Shown here one piece after another: positions 38,030-51,120 of a stretch of 64,000 nucleotides of DNA. The stretch comes from Camelus dromedarius (Eukaryota). Position numbers and translations under genes: made by a program. The DNA is taken from assembly GCF_036321535.1 (NCBI RefSeq), contig NC_087436.1, forward strand, positions 102,860,001 through 102,924,000, read 5' to 3'. Positions within the stretch are counted from its first letter, which is position 1. Each line of letters starts with the position of its first letter. The notes beneath the pieces are model-generated. The model searched no databases. It was not told the DNA's origin and worked only from the letters and a program-made list of their open reading frames with translations.

Positions 38030-39410
38030 TAAAATAAGACTTGAACAAAGGCATGAAAAGATTGAAGGAATTATCCAAAATAGGATATTTCCAGGCAGCG
38101 GGAAGCGTGTTGGAATATGCCTGGTGTTACTAAGGAACATGAAAGGGATCGATGTGGCTGGAATCCAGTGAAGGATAATGAAATGATATCAGACAACCAG
38201 AGAGAGGAAAAAGAGCAACCGAATCATGTAGGGCATTTATGTCTTTTAAGATGTTGACTCTGAGTGAAGTGGAGAACATTACAGAGAGTTAGGTTTTTTT
38301 TTTTTTTTAAATTTTAAATTTTAATACAATTTTAAAGGTTACTTTCTATTTGCAGTTATTACAAAATGTTGGCTATATTCCCTGTGTTGTACAGTACACA
38401 CTTGAGCTTGTCTTACACCCAACAGTTTGTGCCTCCCTCTCTCCTGCCCCTGTATTAAAGAGTTTAGAGCAGAGCAGGGCTATGATTTGAGTTTCATTCA
38501 TGATATTAACTCTGGCTGCTGTTTAGAGAGCAAATTATAGAGAATGGGGTCAATTACAGTAAGAAGAATATCTATTAGAAAGTTATTGCCCTAAGCCAAA
38601 TGAAAATTAATGATGGCTTGGGTAGAAGTATAAGCAATGGAGGTGATGAGCAGTGGTCAGTTCCTAGACATACTAAAATTTGAAAGAATTGATAGATTTC
38701 CATGATGGATTGAATACGGAGCCAAGAATGACTTCAAGGTGTTTCGCCTATGCAACTAGAATTATGGAGTCGCCGTCACTTCAGATTAGAAGACTACCTT
38801 TGAGTGGAATGGAGAAACATTGAGATCTCAGTTTTGGTCATGCATGTTTTTAAGTCTGCTAAATTATATCTGGAGATGGCAAGTAAGTGTCAAGTAAGCA
38901 GTTGGATGTAAGTATCTGAAGGTCAGCAAAAAATCTGAGCTGGAGACAGAAATTCCGGATTTGTGGGCAGACAGGTATATTTAATGACATGCAGCTAGAG
39001 AAGTTCACTAAGGGAGTAATAGCAGATAGAAATAAGTTGAGGCCTGAGGACTGAACTCAGGAGTTCCCCAGTGTTGAGAGGTTTGGAAAAGTTCAGAAAG
39101 TAGTAAATAAATTGAGAACCAGCAGCCAGTGAGACGGAATACAAACCAAAAGTGCATGGAGTCTTGAAAGCCACGTGGTAGGGTAAACCAAGAAGAGAAC
39201 GGCTGCCTGTTTGATCTATGTCCTTCTTTATGATTGAACATTATATACATTTAGCAACTGAAAGGTTACTGGTGACTTTGAAGAAAGCAATTTCAGTGTA
39301 CTGGTTGGATCAAAATCCTAACTGAAATGGAATTAAAGAAGCACAGGAAAAGAGGAATTGACAGCATCAAGTGCAAATGACTAGTTTTAGGACTTTTACT
39401 GTAAAAAGAA
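38030..39410 (-). mobile_element. L2 LINE fragment interrupted by a short L1
   Basis: GA-rich antisense L2 motifs ('gatgtggctgga', 'gcagttggatgtaagtatctg', 'ggttactggtgactttgaagaaagcaatttcagtg'). Confidence 0.8.
38294..38456 (-). mobile_element. Short young L1 3' end with T16 tail
   Basis: Poly-T then 'ttttaaaggttactttctatttgcagttattacaaaatgttggctatattccctgtgttgtacagtac'. Confidence 0.8.
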
Positions 39411-39479
39411 GCATCAAAAATATAACATATGGGACAAAGTGGAAAATCAGCTTTGTTTTCTTGAAGTTTTCCTTGCGTA

Positions 39480-40410
39480 ATTATATTTTTAACTTACAGT
39501 AATTTCAGAATTTATGTATAGGTTAGTTGAAAAGGTAGGCAAATTTTTTTTATTATTACTAATGATTTTCTTGTTTTGTTTTATATGGATTGTTTGTAGT
39601 TAGACTGCTTTAAATAAAAATAGAAATTGAATTTAATAATTATTGTTTGTCTATTTCTGGGTGATTTTTTTCCTTCCTTGAATTATAACTATATGGAAGT
39701 ATATTATTCATCACATGAACTTGTTTGAATTAACCCTAATAGATCAGAATGTATCATTCTTTTGTGTATTATTTTAATTCCTCTATTTTGTGAAGTATAA
39801 CTTAGGATTTACATCACACTTTAGATGTAAAGTAAAATGAGATTTCTTGTGTTTCAGATTTTTTTGTCTGTTGTGCTCTGTCAGGGATCAATATCAGTGT
39901 CATGAAAACATAAAAAAATGCTGGAAATTTTTCTCATTTTGATCACTGTATAGAAAGTTGACATTTTTCATGTAAAAATTATTAACAGATTGCTTATTTT
40001 TGACAAATAATCTTGGAAATTAAATTTTGAAATAAATGTTACCTTAAAAATCATATATCATTTAAATTTCAAATTTATTAGCATGATATTGTGTTAATCA
40101 GTTTATTATAATTATTTTAATGCCAATGTGCATTTGTTTGAGGCCTTGTTTTCTGTTTTGTTTGATTACATTAATCTAATTTACATGCATTTTTTTTTCA
40201 AAGAAGGGTTTTGGATATTATGATAATCTTACTTTAAAAAATCTATTTATTTACGTCCCACTATATTTTTATTACCATTTATGTTTTCCTTAATCATCTG
40301 TAACTTTCTAATCTATATATTTCATTTCTTTTTTTGCCTTCAGTAATAAAAATGTTGTATTCTATGAATATTATTCTAGACATACCTCTTATCATAGCCT
40401 ATAGGTTGTT
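39480..40410 (-). mobile_element. Highly degraded L1ME-type fragment
   Basis: T-rich sequence with residual antisense ORF2 phrases. Confidence 0.45.
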
Positions 40411-42719
40411 ATCTACAAAACAGAGCTAGCATCTTCATGACTGGCTTGAAAATGTGCATGTACTTTGCACTATTAGATTGAAGAGTAGGGAAGTTGGGCA
40501 GGCTAGATATCCTGGTATTAGCTCACCCTATGAAAACCAGCACTGAAATGAGGATGGAGGTGATCCTAGAGCAACTGTGTTTGGAGCAGGTCAAGCTACT
40601 TAAGATGACTGAAGAGTGTACATCCCTGCCAGGCTCTAAAGAACTGAAACTGCTCCCCACCAGAGAGCCACTGTTTGATATTTGACATGCAGATGACATT
40701 GATGATGATTAGTGTCCACTAAAATAGAAGCAACAGCCAAAAAAGGATGTTACATCAGCAGTCAGGTACATAAGGGAACCTCTGAATTCTCTCCTACCCT
40801 TAGATGACTGAGACAGAAAAGAGGAGAAAGAATATATAGCAGCATCCATCCATCACCATCACTCACAAACACACACACACACACAGCAACAGACTAAGAA
40901 AAGGAATAAGTGAGTGTGTGTGTGACTGGAATTCTTAACTTGAGTCAATGTTTGACTCTTGTTTCATTTCAAATAACTAAAACTCCTACAGAAGCACTGA
41001 CTGGTCAAACAGTGGCAAGAAATTGGGATGCAAAGACTGTTACCCAAAGAAATATCGGGAAAAATAATTTCATATTTTCACACAACCAAATTAAGTTTAT
41101 TTAAAAACTGGGTTGCATCTTCAAGAATGCAGTGTTTTCAGAGCTTTTTGAAAATGTTATAGAAAGATTTTGTAAAGTAATACGCCTATTTAAAAAGTGC
41201 AAATGAGAGACGCCATGGCTCTGCTCTCAGTAATTCCCAGAACATTAAGGTTCTGTCTTCAATTTTTCTTTCTGTTTCAACCATGAAGGCAGGTGCCATA
41301 TGTTCTAGGGGCATGATTTCTGTTAGTTGGCCTTTTGTTTTCTTCTGTAGTTTTTGGTCCACCTACGGCTGCTAGCTTCCCCCAAATGCCTAGTTTAGCA
41401 CAACCTAGTTGCTTTCCCATCTGCTTTTTTACCTTTTTTTTTCTTTCCAGTTTTTGCATATGCAGCATTGCCTAGTGGATGAAAGGCTGGCAAGACCAGA
41501 ATACACAAGATCTTAAGAAATTCAGATTATCTTTGACTTTGTGCCTAACAAAGTTTTTTTTTTCTTTTTAATGTTCTTAATTGCTAAGAATTTCAACCAT
41601 GTACATAAAGAGCAACAAATCAAGTTTGCAAAGTTAAAAAGTTATAAGAAATAGATTTTCTTATTTATGGACCTTGAACTCAACAAATATTGAGCCAGTA
41701 GTGAAATATTACATTTCACATTAATTCTCTCCTCTTCGCTTAATTGCCAGTTGGAGGCTTTAGTCATGGAAATACAAGAAATGTCCACTGATGATTATCA
41801 TTCTTGAATAGTTGACATAATTTTCTGCTGAAGCTAGATTAAACTGACATGTTTTGAACCACAATCCAATTGCAGAATTTCACTGTTCTTTATTTACTTA
41901 AAAAGCTTTTCCTACCTACTCATAAGTTATTTTTTAATGTTCTGTTTTGTACTATTGGCATTGTATATCATTTGATGTGCCAGCTGCTAATTAAGTAAAA
42001 TTTGAGTTTTCAGTGATTAAAAGTCCTAACTCTTTATTCAAGTTACATTTGCTATTTCATTTTTTTTTCTTTGATTTAAAATACAGCTTGGCAGTGGGTC
42101 ATCCTGGAGCATAGATTTCCTTCCTGACCTTGAAAACGTTGTATTTCATCATCAGGCTTATGGCTACCTAAGACCTTTAAAAATCTGTAATTCCCAAGTT
42201 GAAGAATTTTGTATATTATAAAAAAAATTACTTAATAATGCTCAGGCCAAGAAAATGAGTCAGTCTTCAGAAGAATACATTCTCTGATACATCTCACTGC
42301 AGCCTTCATTTTTTGAATTATACTCACCACTTCAATGTGATTATTGACTGAATTATGCTATTCTGTCAAAGGCCAATTTCCACTGCAGTCCTGTGGGAAA
42401 GAAGACTTACTATTCAGTTAATTACATTTGTCCTATTAAACCTAAAAAGCTCATTGACTCTCCAAGTTCTCAATTTCTATTGCTCATAGGTGAGCTGATT
42501 GATGTGTCTTACCACACTCTGCATTCCCCACCGCAGTGCGCACTGTCATCCAATTGTCCCTAATTTAAAAGGAGTCTTAGGTTCAGCTCTGTAGAATTAC
42601 AGGGGTCACAAGTTATAAACATGTTTCTGCTGCTTCTACCAGTCTATAGTTTAGTCGGTCACCTGGGTCTCGAAAAACGTCAGTCATGTGAATTTGCTTC
42701 CTTGAAAAGTAAATAGTAT

Positions 42720-43170
42720 TTTATATATGGTTTCAGAGTTTGCAAATTGCTCACATATATTTTGTCATTCAGTTTTTTGATTATCATGATTATCCCAATT
42801 TTACAGATGAGGAAATGAGGACAAGAGAGTCAAAGTATTTTATTTAGGCTACTCAGTTTACAGACATGGTACCAAAATATGAATGTAGAAACTCTATTTC
42901 ACAATTTCCCATTTTTTCCTGAGAGCACAAACTCTGGAGCCAGTGTGGCGAGGTGTGAACCCTAGCTCTGACCGCTCACCATCTGGGCAGCCTTAGTGGA
43001 ATTGCTTATTCCTTTTGTGCCTTAGTGTCCTCATCTGGGAGAATATGAATAATATACCTATCACATAGAGCTGCTGTGAGATTAAAATGAGTAAGCCTTT
43101 GAACTGAAAGCACTTGAAACCATTCCTGGCACATCCTTGCTCTATGTAAGAGTCAGCTTTATTATCATGT
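42720..43170. mobile_element. Two MIR SINEs in opposite orientation
   Basis: 'cccaattttacagatgaggaaatgagg' (minus) and 'ctcatctgggagaat...tgtgagattaaaatgag' (plus). Confidence 0.8.
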
Positions 43171-43829
43171 TGAATAGCTTTCAATACTAAACTGGAATCA
43201 TGCTAGTAGAACACACAACAGCTGGGACAGCATGTGTGTCTTTGACCTTCCCACTAGGACGATGACTTCATGGTATAGCTGGCCTCCTTGTAGTGTAGCA
43301 ATTTTACGGGTAAAACAGCTTAAAACACATTTTTTTTCCTGTTTTGAGTTAAGTAGTCTAATTTAATGGCATCCAATACATTACGGCGCTTTTCCTACAC
43401 TAGTTGAGAAAAAAAAGAAACATAATTAACACCACTAATTATTTATGTCATAAGGCATGCCACAAAGTGCACTTATGAACAATTAACTTGCAAAGCAATG
43501 ATTGTTATGCTTTCAGATGATGATCAAAACGCTAGCAGCAAAGGAGGTTTAAAAAATCGTATTTGTTTTTGTTGACGCATGTTACTTGTTTATGATATAA
43601 AAGAGCAGAGGCTGGGTTGCATGTGATTTTAAATGACTGAATTTAGTCTAACAAAACTATAAAAATAGTAAGTTGTTATTTTTGTCAGTACTTTTCTTGT
43701 TCTCCCTTTTTTATTTCTAAGGATGGATTTGCTAGTTGGTTATGTTGCAGCATTATGAGAACTTGGACCAAGATAGGAGATTCATGGTCAAGATAAAGGT
43801 AAATTTTAGGAAGAACTAATTATCAATTC

Positions 43830-44070
43830 ATATCTGACTTGCATTAAGGCTGAGCATGACTTGAATGTCAGTTCTGGGGCTTGGAAGATGTTTTAACAGT
43901 GGAAAAGTTGACCAGCTTCACTGAACATCAATTTACTTGCTTACGAAGTAGACATAACTATATTTATCTCAGAGTATGGCTGTGAGTGTTAAAAATGAGA
44001 TGATATATATGTAGAATTTGACACAGTACCTGGCACCTAATAAGCTAAGAATTTTAGTACATTTAGCTAA
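43830..44070 (+). mobile_element. MIR remnant
   Basis: 'tgtgagtgttaaaaatgagatgatatatatgtagaa...cacagtacctggcacctaataag'. Confidence 0.65.
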
Positions 44071-44389
44071 TATTACATTATTTTCAACACTTTTACTTAC
44101 CTGTTGACAGTTGTAACATAATGTCACTAAATAGTATTTTTAAATTAATTAAAAATCAATCAATTATATTAATTTAAAATAAATCAAATTAATTATTTTT
44201 TAATATTTTCAGTCAATACTACACTTCTATAAAGCTGGAAATTTCTATATGTTAGAAATTCTCTTTCTTAAGTGTCACTTCTTTTTTTCCCAGTTTAGCC
44301 TTCATCGGGGGAAGGAGATGACCATGCTGTATCTTCCTAAGAAAGAGTACCTGAGAAACAAAAGCACTGAGAACTAACACATATGAGAG

Positions 44390-45760
44390 TGTTTTTATTA
44401 ATAGCTTGCCTGGCTAGAAAATTTATGGTTTGAGATTATTTGAACTGAAGGAGAGTTCCACTGACTTTCAGATTACAGTGTGATTGAGAAATCCAATGCT
44501 GACAACTAGATTTTTCTAAGTGTTAATCTACCTATCCACAAATATAAAGGAGGAAGTTTTGTGGACCTTGGGGAAGATCTTTTATCATCTATTAGGCTGG
44601 ATGCATTTTGGGTCATTTATCATTTTATGACATTCAATCATAGAAATTACATTATTCTTTTATAACTTATTCAAATCAGTTTTCTCTCCGTCATATTTCT
44701 AAATGTCTATCATTAAGGTATCAGGGTTTCTGGACTAATCCTCTAAGTATCTTATTTTTACTTCCCTAACTTCCTTTTTGTTTGTGTTGTTTTTAACTTC
44801 TGGGAGAAATCAGTAACTTTTATTATTATCTTTTAACTGTTGCAATAATTTTTTCCCTATTTTGTGTGTCCAAGATCTGTTTATGTCCCTGCAGGGGTTT
44901 TTATGTTTGGGTGTGTTTTGATTTGTTTTATTTCTTTTCCTCTTTTGTGGTCTTAATAGTCTCTCTTATCTCTCTGAAGACTGTTCTGAGAAGTTGCTTT
45001 TTAATTTTCTTCTTTCTCTATTGTCTCTCTTTCCTCTGATATCTTTTCTAAGAATGTTTTCTCTTTCTTTTTTGGTTTATCCAGGGCACTATGGCATGCT
45101 AATGGTTACAATTGTTTTGTTTTAATATGCAGTTTTTAAAAATTCAGTAGTCTGTTTTATTTCCCTTTGTCCAATATCTTTGATTCCTGGCTATCAACTC
45201 ACATTAAAGAGGTAGGAAATAAAATGCATAATTGGAGCCTTTGTATGCATTTGTAGTTTGTTAACTGGTATATTTCAGTGTAGAGGAAGCTGGATGATTT
45301 TATTTCTGGCTGCGCATTAAGCTTCACTATGTATAAGTATTTTATTTGGAGCTGGGAATTTCACCAGAAAGAATTCACCCACTCCCTGCCTGGAAGGGAT
45401 CTTGCAGCAGGAAAAGCAGTTGAGAGAGATTTCATTATTCAATACAGAGATTTTGATTATTTTCCTGAGTTTATTTATGATATTCTCATCCTCAAATAGG
45501 CCAGGTCTCCTAAAAGAAGTATAACTAGTTCAAAGTTGCCAGTGAATAACCTTAGTGTTCTGGTCAAGGAGTCATTAAGGTGCTTGGGGAGGGTTTAAGA
45601 GCACCTAATATTTATTTCTCAAGTACTAAAAAAAATCCTCTTTTTAGCTCCATTTGCACCACCAATTTCTGAGTTAAGTGGAGTTCCCAGCTCCCACATT
45701 TTCTGTGGTTGTATGATTGTAATTGTCTTGCTTCTGGGCTTCCTTTCTGCCCTCTTATGA
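44390..45760 (-). mobile_element. Old L1/HAL1-type 5' region and ORF1 remnant
   Basis: 'aatagcttgcctggctagaaaatt', 'ttgagaaatccaatgc'; T-rich antisense ORF1 pattern. Confidence 0.5.
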
Positions 45761-45819
45761 AATCTCTTTGTACAAAGTCAGTTGCCACTGACCTATCTGC
45801 TTTATGGCTTTCAAGATGT

Positions 45820-46392
45820 GCTCAAAGGAAACCATCCACAAAATGAAAAGACAAGCTACCAAATGGGAAACTATATTAACAGAGTATATATCTACTAAGA
45901 GGCTAACATATAAAATATATAAAGAAATCATACAACTCAAAAAAAGAAAACAAACAACCTGATTAAAAGATGGGCAGTGGAGCTGAATAGACAATTTTCT
46001 AAAGAAGACATACAAATGGCCAACAGGCACTTGAAAAGATGTTTAACATCATTAATTATTACAGAAATACAAGTCAAAACCAAAAAGAGATATCATCTCA
46101 CATCAGACAGATTGGCTATTATGAGAAAAGAAGAAATAATAAGTATCAGACAGAATGTGGAGATAAGGAGACTCTTGTGCCCTGTTGGTGAGGATGTAAA
46201 TTGATGCAGTCACTGTGGAAAACAGTATGGCGGTTCCTCAAAAAAATGAAAAAAAAAGAACTACCATATGAGCCAGCTATCCCACTTCTGGATATTTATC
46301 CAAAGAATATGGGGGAAAAAAATCATTAGAAAAGATATATGCACTCCTGTATTCATTGTGGGATTATCTACAATAGCAAGATATGGAAACAT
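45820..46392 (+). mobile_element. L1 ORF2 C-terminal fragment (L1MA/MB-type)
   Basis: ORF 45977..46204 [31 protein letters not shown] is L1 ORF2p. Confidence 0.9.
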
Positions 46393-46829
46393 CATTCTCT
46401 TACATTTTTCCAGTATAAAGAAATAATTATGGAAATTAGAAGGTATAAATGCCACATCCACAGATGGTACTACCCTACACTTTGTGTCTAGATGCTCTTT
46501 TCATCTCACTCCAAAGAGTAAAAAAAAGTTCCATTTCTAGAAAATTCTAACCATTGAAGTACAGACTACAGCAGCCGCCAAGAGGAAATGACCGTAATGC
46601 GTGAATTGGAATGCTCAACGTAGAGATGAGTAGGTGTTCTGGACTCATCCCCTGAACTGATTATTTTTGTCTATCACTGGCGTTTGGCTGTTGGCACTTT
46701 CATAAACTCATGTATAAGCTGTTATACCACACAAAAAAAGTCTGCCTAGAAAGTAATGCTTCTGTCTCAGCTCTCTGTCAAAACCTCATTTTTCTAATAA
46801 TAAAAATGGGGGCCTGTGGCAGCAGGCCT

Positions 46830-47335
46830 TGAGCGTTTGTGAATATGAACGGGGGTGATGTGGGTGAGCACACACTGAGCCGAACAGACGAACCACTCTC
46901 GTCTTGCTGCGAAGTGGCCTGGCCGCGCGGCCTCTCCCTCGTCCTCCCGGATTTCTTGTTCTTCCGGAATGTGTGTGAAGCGGCGCACCTGCCCTAAAAC
47001 GACAGGCGGGCGGCTCGGCTTCTGTAGAAGATCTCACTCTGTGTATCTCGTCATGGTGTTGAACTAACTCGCAAGGCGGCAAGAGAAAAGTGACAATTTC
47101 ATAGGCGCCTCGATGTGTTGAGATAAAGTGCCTGTCAGAAGCCCATTCCTTAAGGGGAGAGCAAGGCTTGCGCATCAGAAAATGAGCAGCGTGACACACT
47201 GCACTCAGCTGGAACTGGAAGGAGACGGGCCGGCTTCTGCCCCCAGGTGGTCCTACACGGGGCTCAGGGCCGAACAGGTCAGGCGGGAAAAGGCAGTCCA
47301 TCAGGGCTGAGCCAGCACCCTGTCGGGCTCGCCTA
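46830..47335. promoter_or_regulatory. Orphan CpG-island-like segment
   Basis: About 30 CpGs in ~500 bp by manual count, against a strongly CpG-depleted background; no repeat recognised. Confidence 0.6.
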
Positions 47336-47929
47336 GGAGAATTACATGAATCTGTCTTAATATTTTCATGGATAAAGTAGGAAGATAATTATTTATCAAA
47401 ATCTTGTACTACAGTCTATTACTCAGCCTAGAAATAGAGATTTCACATTTCACACGGTATGAATTAGATTGAAAAATGATTTGGAAAAAAAAATGAAATC
47501 TTTTCATCACGGCAGCTAATTATCTTCCATTTTCTTTTTCCGCCCTCCTGGATTTCTTTCACGTCACCCCAACACCCTCTTGTCTCTGTGCCTCCCACCC
47601 CCACCCCCTCAAATCTGGCTTTCCAGGCATCTTTGGGGGGCACAGAACAGCCGTGTGTGACAGTTCTCAACTATTTTAATTCAGATTTTCACCTCTCAAC
47701 GGTTAGATGAAAGCTCAGGTACCAACACAGTGTAAACTCTCTGTCTTACCCCATGTGGCTTCTTTGACCCAGAATATAATTAAATTATACAACAAATTGG
47801 ACAATGAAAAGTCTTGATGGGAAAATCTATTTTTTTTTTCCTTCAATTACATTTTTTTTCCGTTTCTTTCTATATTGAGGGAGTAAACTGCTGGAGCCTG
47901 GATCTCCTAATTACATCTACAATTCTCCA

Positions 47930-48710
47930 CATTCATTCATGTTTCATTTATTCAACCACCACTAGGTACAAGGTTTCTATGCAAGACCCCTGAGAATACC
48001 AGTAACAATAGGACATTGTTTCTGACTTCAGAGATCTTAAAGGTGGAGTCAGATTTTAAATGAAGGAATCTTTGGAGTATTGTAAGTACTCCACCTAGAG
48101 ACAGTATAGGGTTCTGCTTGCCAATAGAAAAAACTAGTTTTGATCTCCGAGTTCAGGTAAGGTTCGTAAAGGAGGTCAGGCCTGGTTTGATTATTTAAAT
48201 GAAAGTAATCGCTCACCAGGTAGATCCAGGCAAAAGCAGGAACACTGAAGTTTGTAGATATGAAAGAACTTTGCTCACTAGAAAAAAATAAACATTTCCA
48301 GAAAACATATGTTAATCTCTACATATGAATGGAGATGAGAGTTGAACAAAGAAGACCTATTAGTTGGGTAGTTTTCCATGAGAAGAGAAGAAATTTTGAC
48401 TTCATTCTGTGGGCCATGAGGGGCATGAGACGTGTCTTTTTGCAGGGGCATGTCACATTGAATTGCTTTTTAGGAAGATCTCTCTGTAGAGTCGAGGCTG
48501 GTTGGGGAGACATGGGGAAAACTGGAGGCAGGACCCTAGTTAGACATCTGTCCCAATAGTTCAAGCAAGAGATGATCAGGGACTAAAGTGAGGCTGTCAC
48601 AGTCGAGACCGAATGGAGAGAATTCAGATAAAAGACATGAAAGTGTAGAACAGACAATATTGGAAAGAGAGAGGTGGAGGAGGAAGGGGTTGCCATCAGG
48701 CTTCTGGCTG
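47930..48710 (-). mobile_element. L2 fragment
   Basis: Starts 'cattcattcatgtttcatttattcaac'; GA-rich antisense L2 body. Confidence 0.7.
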
Positions 48711-48829
48711 AGATTAGAAGCACAAAAGAGAACAAGGAAAGTTAATGACTTCAGTTTTCAGTTTTGTATGTGTTATGTTCAGTTTTCCACCTCTCTACCT
48801 ATTTCCATCTTTTTCCAGATACCAAAGAG

Positions 48830-49020
48830 ATTGAAGCACGATATTTTAACTCCTGGCTCTACCTGCTTGAAACTAGTCTATTTTTGAGCAACCTGTTTAA
48901 TATCTGTGTGTTTCAAATCACTCATCTAAAACTAGAATCAAGTGTAGTACTTAACTTACAGGTTTATTTATAGTTTATGAGCAGGATTTGGCATATAGTA
49001 AGCACTAAAAATGTTTATGG
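48830..49020 (+). mobile_element. MIR remnant
   Basis: 'ctcatctaaaact...tggcatatagtaagcactaaaaatgtt'. Confidence 0.6.
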
Positions 49021-50837
49021 TTGCTATTGTGTTATTATTATTATCATTATCATCATTATGCTTGGCTAGAGGCAGAGGGAAAATAGAACTGATATAATTT
49101 ACCATTCTAATGTCTCAATTGCTATGAGATTTTACTCTCCACATCATACCTCCAAGATTAACCTCTATAAAACTATGTTTGTACCTCTATGAAATAAATT
49201 CATATTACCTTATTGACTGTATTATCTCAAACTCCATCCATTTACATACATTTCTCCTTGCCTGGACTCCTAGAGTAAATATATTTTCATCTACCTCTCT
49301 CCTCTAATCCATGTCTTTATGAATTCTAACCTTGAAGGTCAAAATAAAATGACATTTCTCTCCAAAGCCCCTTCTGAGCTATCTACTCAAATATTTGCAT
49401 GGCTTTATTATTAATATTTACTTTTTTATCATTTAAGGAATTCATATTTCCATTTTATATTTCTATGCCTTATATATGAATGTGCACATATAAATGTACA
49501 CATATCATCCCCTCTTTCTTAGGTCCTCGAAAGCACATCTCATGCTTTAGAAAAAATCTTTTTTTTTTAATCATTGAAGGTACTGAGCATATAGCCTTTT
49601 TCATAACAGGGATTCAGTAAACATATATTGAAAAAACAAATGCATTTATTAGTGACAGCATTAACCACTCAATCCTAACCAGAGTAAATATAAATTAGAA
49701 AGAGAGTCAGGATCCAAATGAGGTCTCTATGCCTTCCAGTCCTGTGTCTTTGTTTTTCCTGCCTTGTTTCAGGGGTTGCAGGGAGAAGGAGAGGATTATC
49801 TTCAGGATCATACTATTTTCGTTTCTGATTTTCATCATTAAGAATAAAATGTTCTAAGCAATTAATAAAACTCTCTTTTTTTTTTGCATGTATGTAAAAG
49901 TAAAGAGAGAAAAAAAAAGAATTCGAAATAAGAGGAAAAAAGAAAACAGGCCAGAATAAGATTAAAATAATAATAAGCAACTAGGAGAATTAGAGAAACA
50001 AAAATAATGCTAGAGACCATTCCAATATAACGTATGCACAAAACACTAAATGCAATGATAATGTTAATTTATCCTACTTTTATCATGCATAGTTGCTTAA
50101 ATATCATAAGCAATGTATTCAATGATGCTTGTGGACCCTGTTTTTATTAACCTGCATTACCTTGATTTGTAGAAATACTTTAATGTTTCATGTAATGCCA
50201 TTAGTAAGCAGAAGTAAGTCTAATTCATAATGAGGCCAGGAAGCAACTGACCCAGATTCCCCTATGCCATTTTTTAATTAGAAGGTTTTCAGCTTCTCTC
50301 TAGCTCTGAATACATAGATTTCTTATACATTAAAAGTCTGCTTATCTTACAAAAGTGATATTCTGTAAGACCTAGGTCATGTGACAGTCCTCAAAATGTA
50401 GCTCCTCCATTGCCTAAACTGGGATTCTTTATTTGGTTGCACCAAAAGGACATCTCATTTTTTTTCACAGATAATTTGCATGGATAAGAACTGGTAGATA
50501 CATTTCTACAATGTTGTATTTGACACACTTCGTTTCATCTCCTCTATTATTTTTCTGATTATTCTATTCAAAAAAATTAGTATATACCTACTAAGAAATA
50601 AAATACTTAAATTTCACTCCAGATAGTAGTCATATCAGCCACAAGTCTCAGTGGTATCAACACCCATGGATACGTAGGAAGAGGAGGAGGAAAGGAATCA
50701 TCCACAAGCCTAGTGAACGGACTGGGAGAGAGAGACAGAGAGTATCAGGGAAGGCACTCTGATGGCATCCTTCACTCTGGCCTTGGGGAAGCCGAAGATG
50801 GAGTTGAATTAGAGAATGTAACAATATTATTAATGCC

Positions 50838-51120
50838 ATCCAGCCTGTGGCCTGTTTTTCTCTTGAGCAAATAAGAATTTTTTTTTTTTTACATTTGTAA
50901 TGACTTAAAATTTCTTTTTAAAGAATAGGAGTACGTGACAAATGAAAGTTATATAGAATTTAAATTTTAGTTTCCATGAAGAAAGTCGTGCTGGAACACC
51001 AACATGCTCATTGACCTTATGCCTACATTTTGAGCCACTGAGGCAGAGTTGAGTAGTTGCGACAAAGCCTAGAATACGTGCTATCTGGCTCTTGACAGAC
51101 AACAAGTTTGCTGACCCCTG
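50838..51120. mobile_element. MER58-type hAT-Charlie MITE
   Basis: 'ggcagagttgagtagttgcgaca...tatctggctcttgacaga...aagtttgctgacccctg' terminus. Confidence 0.85.

Noticed and set aside
40480..41115. Possible very old LTR (Gypsy/ERVL-like)
   Set aside because: Only a vague resemblance; no termini or TSD identified.
46786..47301. 171-aa minus-strand ORF in the CpG-rich segment
   Set aside because: No protein similarity recognised; long frames are expected in GC-rich DNA.
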